DNA from: a virus
Lineage: Duplodnaviria; Caudoviricetes
Reading direction: 5' to 3' (one strand)
Length of the DNA: 64,000 bases
IMG/VR virus record: IMGVR_UViG_3300031786_000572
Span: 1 to 64,000 of that record
The notes beneath the pieces are model-generated. The model did no database searches, had not been told where the DNA came from, and was given only the letters and a program-made list of their open reading frames with translations. Positions 58,101-64,000 of the stretch are shown here, in pieces (position 1 is the stretch's first letter; every line of letters begins with the position of its first letter). The position numbers and the translations under genes were made by a program.

Positions 58101-61100
58101 CCCAGTAGCTGATCCTAATGGTTATGATTATACAACCAACTTTAGTAACGAGGGAACTCCTTCACAGGTTGCTACTGCATTAGCGTCCGCAATAAATTCA
58201 TTTGAAAATAGACCGTGTGATGCACTTGCTATTGATGATGTAATTTATCTTAAAGCAGTACGCGCAGGATTGGAAGGTAATAACATACAATTAACTCGTA
58301 AAATGATTGACGGGCAAAGTAATGTGTTTAACATGGGATTTTATGAAAGATCTAATGTAAACCTTACTTATGATGTTAGTGTTGTAAATTTACCGGGTTC
58401 AGCAACAGCTCCTGTATATTTAAAGAATAGATCTTCAATCGCAGGTCATTCTTATACATTCGTTGAAGTATACAAAACCATTACTGGAGTTTATTTTCAA
58501 CTTAGAGAAGGTGTTACACCTACATCTTTACTTGATGCATCTTTATCGGGTTCAGTATCTTATGAAGTTGCTGCAGCTAACACAAAAGAATATTCAAATC
58601 CTAACTTAAATTTTGCAATTGATATATCTGGACTTAGCCTTAATGTTTATCACCAGTTTGTTGTTGAAAGTAATGTAGGTCCACTAGAAATTAAGCAATT
58701 ATTTGTAGGAGGTTCAGAACGCAATCGTAATAGAGCAAGTATAGGCTTTGTAGACTCTCAGAGGTACTTTAGTGACCGCAGATTAAATCTTACGGCAAAT
58801 ATTATTACTGGCTCAAATGTTCTTTCTAATGTACTTGTAGATAACATATATGTTGGCGCTCCTGTAATTGGAGATGGAATACCTGCAGGCACTTATGTGA
58901 ATGAAATTGATTACTTAAATAATCAACTTATTGTAAGCAATGCGGCTACTTTGGGTACCCCAGCAATTCCTGCTACATTAACAACACCGTTTATTCCAGC
59001 TAAACCGTATCTTTCAAATATCACGGTTGGTGAATTGTCAATCTTAAATAATGAAACAATTAAAGATCAATGGTACCAAGCACAAAAAGGATTCTATTCT
59101 CAAATGAAACCTTGGGAAATCCAAGGAAAATATGTTTATTCATTACCTTACCTTGAAGAAAAGGTCGAGGATAGATTTAACAATGTTTCAGATTATACAA
59201 ATCTTGGTGAATATAGTATCATACAATTAGCCAATAATACAAATGAATTTTATCAAACAACAGATAAACGAATTGTTGCGTATGATATTTATAGACCTAT
59301 TGTAGGTATCTTTTCAATATTTCCTATTAAGGAATTTGATGTTGATTTTTACTTTTCAGATTATTCATACACACCTATTTTAGAAGCTTTACGTTACTAT
59401 TTTAATGAAACGGTAAATAAAGATGGTTCAATAGTTTTACCAAGCGATGAAAATTATAAGATAACTCCGATTGATGTTTCAGGCAATGAAATACATAGTG
59501 ATCTTGATATAAAAATAGAAGCTCTTAATCCTGACACAAATACTTGGGATGAAATTGAAACCATATCTTTAAATGAAGAATTGCCTGTTAGAATTAGCAA
59601 TAATAAATCATACATAATTAATACTTATTATCCGTTTTACGTATATGATGAACTTGAACAGCCACAAGTTCCTAGTGATCCGTCTAACTATTATATAGGT
59701 GGGTCAGGATTGCGTAATTTTATGAGACGTAATATTTCATCAGTTGATGACAGTGGTAATGTAACTGAAAAAGTTCCACATTCATACAGATTATCTTTTA
59801 GCAGTTCTAACACAAATTTTGCAGGTGTTAACATAGTTAAAAATGATTACTATAATGATAATGATTTAAAAACTTTTCAAGGGTTTTCAGCATTAAGTGA
59901 CATATATTCTCCTGAAGATGCTGATGCAGTTCGTGGTTTACTTAATGATGAAAAATATGTAGAAGCATTCTTGTATCAAGCATTGCGTTCAGAATACGAT
60001 CGTCTTAGAGAAAATTTTAATAAAGATTATGCTTTAAGATCTCGAGTAGTTCCTTACATCAGCAAATGGGTGCAAGAAGGAACAGATGCTCGTGATAACT
60101 ATTATCGTTTAGATAATTCTAGGGCATTTGGTATTACTAACTTTTCGCCTGACACGAATGTAAAATTTGCGGAGCCGTCATTATTAACTAATGAGTTTCC
60201 GTATCTTGATACTGTGCCTAAAGATTATCCAATAGAATCTTTAGAAGGATCACGCTCTTATATGTTTGCAAAACTAGGTGACGCAGCAAAAGGTACACAA
60301 ACTTGGCTAGACTTGTTAACTACAAATGATGATGATGATTGGTTCACTAAATACTTTGCTGTTGGTTATCCTACAGAGATAAACCCAGTCAATAGTCTTG
60401 TGCCTAAATCTCGTGATGAAAGATTTACCTTTATGATTTATAATGAAGGTATTAAAAGATCACAAACCTTATTTAGAGGTGGAAAAATTCAAGTTCTTGA
60501 TATAAATGATCAGCTTATTCCACCAACAGAAATTTCTGACTCAACTAAATATAACGACTATAAGTTTGCAGCTATTGCAAGAATTGTACCATACGATCCT
60601 TATTTTGTAGAAAAGATAGACCCAACCAAATCATTAATAGGAAATAATCTTAACAATGGTAAAACGCAAAAACCAGTTGATATAGAGGTTTATCGTAATG
60701 ATAAGTTTAAGTCAATCACTATGATTATTACTGTGCGTGTACAAGATTATCGTGTACAATCAGGATTAAGCGATTACTTATTCTTATATGCTGTAAATGA
60801 TCAACTTAAAAACTATAATCAAACACAAGTTCCTATTGGGAACAGAAGTGCAGGAATTGGCTATAGTAATGCTTTAAGTATAACTGACTTTATACCGTAT
60901 GCTTTAGTAGCAAGTCCCGCTTCATATACAGAATTTGCTACTATGATGCCTAGACAAGGTTTCTTTGGTGGTGGATATCTTGAACTAGGAGATACTCGTT
61001 TAGGTGGTCTTGTTCATGAAAATAATGGTTCAATTGGAACTAATCCACAGTTTATCCCAACATCAGGAAATTTAATTCTTAAGTACAAATCGGTTGATCC

Positions 61101-62700
61101 TAATTATGGTTTTTCAGTGTTAAATGAAATTATTCCTACATTGGATAACTATACAAATAAAGATAATGTATTTAGTTTGCCAGCAGTTCTAAATATAACT
61201 CCTACTTCATTTACAAAAGCAGGATCAATCTTTAAATTAATAAATGCAGGTTTAGGTATTAATAATAGAATAGTTCATATTGATCGTACAAATTCACGAT
61301 TAGTAAATGATCAATACTTACCTGAACAAACAACATTTGGTAGTACAGGTAAACCTTTATTTTCAGTGATTGTTCCTGGCACCATTACAACTATAAATGA
61401 ATTAAGTGTTAAACCGCTTACACCTGGACCAAATTATGCATCATCCCCATTATGTGAATTAGATACGTTTAACATTAAGGGTGGAACTGATGCGTATGTT
61501 CATATCAAGAACCTATTAACGTATGCTTCAATCCAAGAATTTATTAATAGTGATTCAGAATTTATTGAGTACTACAAAGTAGAGGGTAACAAGAAAACGA
61601 CGGTATCTGATTTTAAGTTAAGATTTATTAACCCTGACCAAATTGTTAAAACTGGAGTTCTTGCTTATGTAAATGATGAAGATAAACCTATTGAGTATAT
61701 TGGTTCACCTGTAATAGGATATGACATTGTGAATACTAATCAAAATGAAGTTGTGTATCGTCATAGAGGTTCTTATGAACCAAAGTCAAATGATATCTTA
61801 TCATTCTGGGTTCGTGAAGATAAAGAGTTCACTGAGCATTATGAAAAAGATTACTTACTTTTTAATACCCATTTTAATGATCAATCTCCTCTTAGTGGTT
61901 TATTAAGAAACTATGGAATTAATAAAGTTGCTGATGCTGAAGTTTTAAAAATTCAAAGTGGTGGTGCTTATAAGAGTGTTTACCCTCTTGTTGGTGAAGT
62001 ATCTGTTGATGCAGCAGAAATCTTTGTTCTTAATAGCACATGGGATAAACATTACTACCGTAGATATAATAGTACAACTGACTGGGCGGCTATAGATGGT
62101 TATGAAGAAATGAAAGAGTTTAAATCTTTCTTAGGTTCTAAAACCATGAACATTCCTAAAACCCAAATTTTAGAAACATATAATGAAACTGAAGCAACGT
62201 TTTCAGTACTTGAGCCTGCTGAAGTAGTTGGTGTGAAACTTTTATCCAAGAAAGCAACATCTTTAACTGATGTACAAGGAAACACCAAACCAATTCTTAC
62301 TATTAATTTAAACATCAAAGAAAGATTACTTAGAAAACTATATGAAGATATTGATCTTCCTACAAGTTTTGATGAGTTTTCATGGTTAACTACATTAGGT
62401 GTAACAGAATTACAAGCGCTTACAGCAACTGACGTTGAAAGACTTAAAAAAGAATACTTATTAAAGAACATATTAGAACTATACACAATTAGTGAAATTA
62501 AATTATATGCGCTTTCAAAAGAAGGAATCCCTCTTTTTGACATAACTATTGATGACAGAGCTAAGATTGCTGCGGGATATCGCGTAGACAAAGATTGCAA
62601 AGTAACTAATGTTGACGAATGGAACATTAGAATAACTAAAGAACTTGACACTAAGAAGCCTTATGGTTATGCAGTAAGTGCTACTATAAAACGTATCTAA
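55102..62700 (+). CDS. Giant (2532 aa) putative virion structural protein
   Basis: Uninterrupted ORF, TAATG-coupled; beta-rich fibre-like inserts. Confidence 0.55.
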   Translation: MTGPNFYTIDFSREVVLQGKSTTFITIGRNEGINLLPTEDLYVIVMPNTRTFNSYLSGTQTPGGTGLTAIQEVEVTTTTTNVSPGVLSFNNIEPGMTVKNAWDFQNSGATGPISVTVGSTVDSQINEKIISLTGSPGFVTNDGPTNIHIGEWDDSGKNRWKINGKVLSDYEYIAYTSPPSNQDVINLPNIFDGSKETFVGPSSTLVGTGYVGRQNGGWVVVKSNPKLPNASVTLRIDYDGTDHSHMKFNLIIFKKLINSGLLTYQAPLNLPTSVSPNSEDYVTVPFGVKSGSSTLGLTNYLDYQEVHFFGYKDTDTRTSRTTYQNDYQSETKIYDDRTSYSLLKTNPKISGNVKITLDSTGNLWLNSIDANNELADSAYKKYPVSPLSTYPRDLYKFFKNGQTPTSIIFDLYQVDNLYQNTKRNLYEQFDNFYNYGVEQLKSKYYDENFSFFAPLWLRKNVPDFFIVFRLDHPVSEETYKNASNPEVFKSFFKDARIVKTFDMREKSQLGTYLRKITTDPRFKERPLDVSFDSDIPTVWNGISYADGTMTGKGEFLFDYWKQDRPVIELEEYITGGYQRNGIISSNLVNLEFLFDDEEATPYSINRYFGLYVTENQLANFQIDSTALGKISGQTPLPKVGVDGEPYSTKEFIQNNPNGIEIPVRYFHNPSGVVNNTNIPSYQGDVIGKFPLPSFVEDPLRIFYVKDREDAFKRITALSEVDYGNPGTDDYRRVTQIKLFDNTEDMSKYAGVNQISSQFNASLLNEGASQLRLHLAQHDSANVFADDEVIELTVNQYNADPRNRQYWIRTKNTTATDITFEVFLDQQAYPLTNQAYTMPAVGATTVISVNDNFHTFVVGEQVWVSGLGYFQIKSIAATTNLTVMNTGEAGNAAPGTIIPMFYNAVISRISPTYISTYNYTPFSDILTIDTVLSLKLQSTNLFVHQLGFWRVEIKDTQVSSTYIAGSGQPDLEPLASPISQQFKWRMTASPVALAAGQSWNYPVADPNGYDYTTNFSNEGTPSQVATALASAINSFENRPCDALAIDDVIYLKAVRAGLEGNNIQLTRKMIDGQSNVFNMGFYERSNVNLTYDVSVVNLPGSATAPVYLKNRSSIAGHSYTFVEVYKTITGVYFQLREGVTPTSLLDASLSGSVSYEVAAANTKEYSNPNLNFAIDISGLSLNVYHQFVVESNVGPLEIKQLFVGGSERNRNRASIGFVDSQRYFSDRRLNLTANIITGSNVLSNVLVDNIYVGAPVIGDGIPAGTYVNEIDYLNNQLIVSNAATLGTPAIPATLTTPFIPAKPYLSNITVGELSILNNETIKDQWYQAQKGFYSQMKPWEIQGKYVYSLPYLEEKVEDRFNNVSDYTNLGEYSIIQLANNTNEFYQTTDKRIVAYDIYRPIVGIFSIFPIKEFDVDFYFSDYSYTPILEALRYYFNETVNKDGSIVLPSDENYKITPIDVSGNEIHSDLDIKIEALNPDTNTWDEIETISLNEELPVRISNNKSYIINTYYPFYVYDELEQPQVPSDPSNYYIGGSGLRNFMRRNISSVDDSGNVTEKVPHSYRLSFSSSNTNFAGVNIVKNDYYNDNDLKTFQGFSALSDIYSPEDADAVRGLLNDEKYVEAFLYQALRSEYDRLRENFNKDYALRSRVVPYISKWVQEGTDARDNYYRLDNSRAFGITNFSPDTNVKFAEPSLLTNEFPYLDTVPKDYPIESLEGSRSYMFAKLGDAAKGTQTWLDLLTTNDDDDWFTKYFAVGYPTEINPVNSLVPKSRDERFTFMIYNEGIKRSQTLFRGGKIQVLDINDQLIPPTEISDSTKYNDYKFAAIARIVPYDPYFVEKIDPTKSLIGNNLNNGKTQKPVDIEVYRNDKFKSITMIITVRVQDYRVQSGLSDYLFLYAVNDQLKNYNQTQVPIGNRSAGIGYSNALSITDFIPYALVASPASYTEFATMMPRQGFFGGGYLELGDTRLGGLVHENNGSIGTNPQFIPTSGNLILKYKSVDPNYGFSVLNEIIPTLDNYTNKDNVFSLPAVLNITPTSFTKAGSIFKLINAGLGINNRIVHIDRTNSRLVNDQYLPEQTTFGSTGKPLFSVIVPGTITTINELSVKPLTPGPNYASSPLCELDTFNIKGGTDAYVHIKNLLTYASIQEFINSDSEFIEYYKVEGNKKTTVSDFKLRFINPDQIVKTGVLAYVNDEDKPIEYIGSPVIGYDIVNTNQNEVVYRHRGSYEPKSNDILSFWVREDKEFTEHYEKDYLLFNTHFNDQSPLSGLLRNYGINKVADAEVLKIQSGGAYKSVYPLVGEVSVDAAEIFVLNSTWDKHYYRRYNSTTDWAAIDGYEEMKEFKSFLGSKTMNIPKTQILETYNETEATFSVLEPAEVVGVKLLSKKATSLTDVQGNTKPILTINLNIKERLLRKLYEDIDLPTSFDEFSWLTTLGVTELQALTATDVERLKKEYLLKNILELYTISEIKLYALSKEGIPLFDITIDDRAKIAAGYRVDKDCKVTNVDEWNIRITKELDTKKPYGYAVSATIKRI

Positions 62701-62708
62701 GATATATA
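62701..62708 (+). promoter_or_regulatory. Putative late promoter (GATATATA)
   Basis: Immediately after the giant gene's stop, upstream of the fibre gene. Confidence 0.45.
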
Positions 62709-62803
62709 AGTATATCCACCTATTTAGCAAGAATTTACATACTAAAAGGATTGTGATAAATAAACAATAAACCTATAGTATAAAAAGATAAAATCAATAC
62801 GGA

Positions 62804-64000
62804 ATGTTAACACTTCAACAACTGCTTGAAAGCGATAGTATATCTACATTTATTGCCAAAGCAAATTTAAACTTTCAGCAAATTGCTGTATCTGGAGGAG
62901 GACCTCAAGGTATTCCTGGAGAACAAGGTATTCCCGGACTACCTGGTAGACAAGGACCAATAGGTCCTACTGGAGTAATGGGTCCTACAGGTTCTGTTGT
63001 AGGAATCATACCTTTTGCAAGCCAGACAGGTGGTAGTACCGGTCCTACTGGAGTTGCTGGCCCCTGGAATACATATTCATACGAATATCTTAATAACATT
63101 GTAGGAACAGGAACAAATCAAGCTGGTCATATTTGGATTGATCATTTTAATGATGGTTTCTGGCGTTATAACGTTAATATTGATGGTCCAACGCCATACA
63201 CAGACAGTCCATATACAAATCCATTCCCAGGAACTACACCACCAGATGGTACAGGTTATTTTTCTGGAGACGGCTGGTACTTTTATCCGTTAAAAAACAC
63301 AGGTGGTGGAAATGCTGGCGATGTTTGGATTAATGATATTTCTACATATCAAACAGCGCCACCGTTTGGAACAGGACCTTTTAATACTCCGTCTCCTCTT
63401 ACAGTTAAAAATGCTCGTCTTTTAAGTAAATATGGAACAGTTTGGATATCGTCAGGTAATGGAGTAGATCTTGCTGGTAATGTTGATGAAAGCAATTTAA
63501 CTACACCAAATCTATATGAATGGGGTGTAAACACTGTAGGACCTGGTTTACCTTCGCAACCTGCAAGATATAACTCGGGTATTGATCGTTTATACTTTAA
63601 GCAAAGTATTGACACTTTACCATACCGTTCAAATATTAATGTAAGAAGTTATACTGAGCCTACCAATGCGCCAGGCGGTGATCCAGGTGACGATCAATCA
63701 ACATATCCTAATAACGGTGGTACAATAGAAGGTGCACCATTTTGGGTTAAGCCTTTATATAATCCTTCTTTGGATTATTTTTCACCTATTCAATTTTATA
63801 CTGAACGTAAAGAAGATTATAATTTATACCCGCCTGGGTTAGAATATGGTTCTTTAGGTTTATACGCATATACTTCTTCAGAGTCTGGTATAAACGTTGG
63901 TAATTACGAATATAGAAAATCATTGTGGGTATATTCAACAAGAACCGCTATTACTCCTAACGAAAATAATCCTGCTACTCCTATTACCGATGCAGATACA
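62804..64000 (+). CDS. Collagen-repeat tail fibre protein (partial, runs off the window; not in the ORF track)
   Basis: MLTLQQLLESDSISTFIAKANLNFQQI anchor, then (G-X-Y)10 at about 62900-62992; frame stays open to 64000. Confidence 0.75.
   Translation, partial: MLTLQQLLESDSISTFIAKANLNFQQIAVSGGGPQGIPGEQGIPGLPGRQGPIGPTGVMGPTGSVVGIIPFASQTGGSTGPTGVAGPWNTYSYEYLNNIVGTGTNQAGHIWIDHFNDGFWRYNVNIDGPTPYTDSPYTNPFPGTTPPDGTGYFSGDGWYFYPLKNTGGGNAGDVWINDISTYQTAPPFGTGPFNTPSPLTVKNARLLSKYGTVWISSGNGVDLAGNVDESNLTTPNLYEWGVNTVGPGLPSQPARYNSGIDRLYFKQSIDTLPYRSNINVRSYTEPTNAPGGDPGDDQSTYPNNGGTIEGAPFWVKPLYNPSLDYFSPIQFYTERKEDYNLYPPGLEYGSLGLYAYTSSESGINVGNYEYRKSLWVYSTRTAITPNENNPATPITDADT

Noticed and set aside
36283-62700. Inteins or introns in the giant genes
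   Set aside because: No recognisable intein splice motifs or LAGLIDADG blocks, and the frames are continuous
163-63615. Many short minus-strand or alternate-frame ORFs in the track (e.g. 2948-3163, 16431-16775, 24943-25314, 27510-28037, 62100-62651)
   Set aside because: They lie wholly inside long + strand genes with clear motifs and read as shadow ORFs
1-64000. Stop-codon reassignment (e.g. TAG to Gln, as in Lak and some crAss-like phages)
   Set aside because: ORFs of up to 2532 aa are intact in code 11, and TAG acts as a normal stop (18121, 20002, 29832)
1-64000. CRISPR array, tRNA, rRNA, transposase or DGR
   Set aside because: Intergenic gaps are short; I saw no spaced repeat array, cloverleaf/T-loop motif, reverse transcriptase or DDE motif

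Overview
AT-rich, gene-dense fragment of a very large (jumbo/huge) dsDNA tailed phage with a T4-like contractile-tail module, read in standard code 11 and almost entirely on the + strand. The host is probably Bacteroidota: promoters are TTTG-N20-TAnnTTTA, Shine-Dalgarno sequences are not evident, and a DUF4494-like gene is present. Layout: (1) glycan biosynthesis/modification operon, 568-7802; (2) accessory region of small genes behind six conserved host-type promoters, two of them copies of an 88-bp terminator/promoter cassette, interrupted by a cluster of proteins with T4-type capsid-targeting N-termini, 7796-20002; (3) baseplate/tail/neck genes (gp53-, gp27-, gp5-, gp13-, gp25-, gp6-like and giant structural ORFs) with embedded bS1-like and amidoligase genes, 20080-44497; (4) nucleic-acid metabolism island (HAD phosphatase, PhoH, SET domain, 3'-5' exonuclease and a Nei glycosylase strikingly like human NEIL1), 44464-48449; (5) further giant structural/fibre genes running off the window end. 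No tRNA, rRNA, CRISPR array or transposase was seen. All family assignments come from motif recognition by eye, not database searches.
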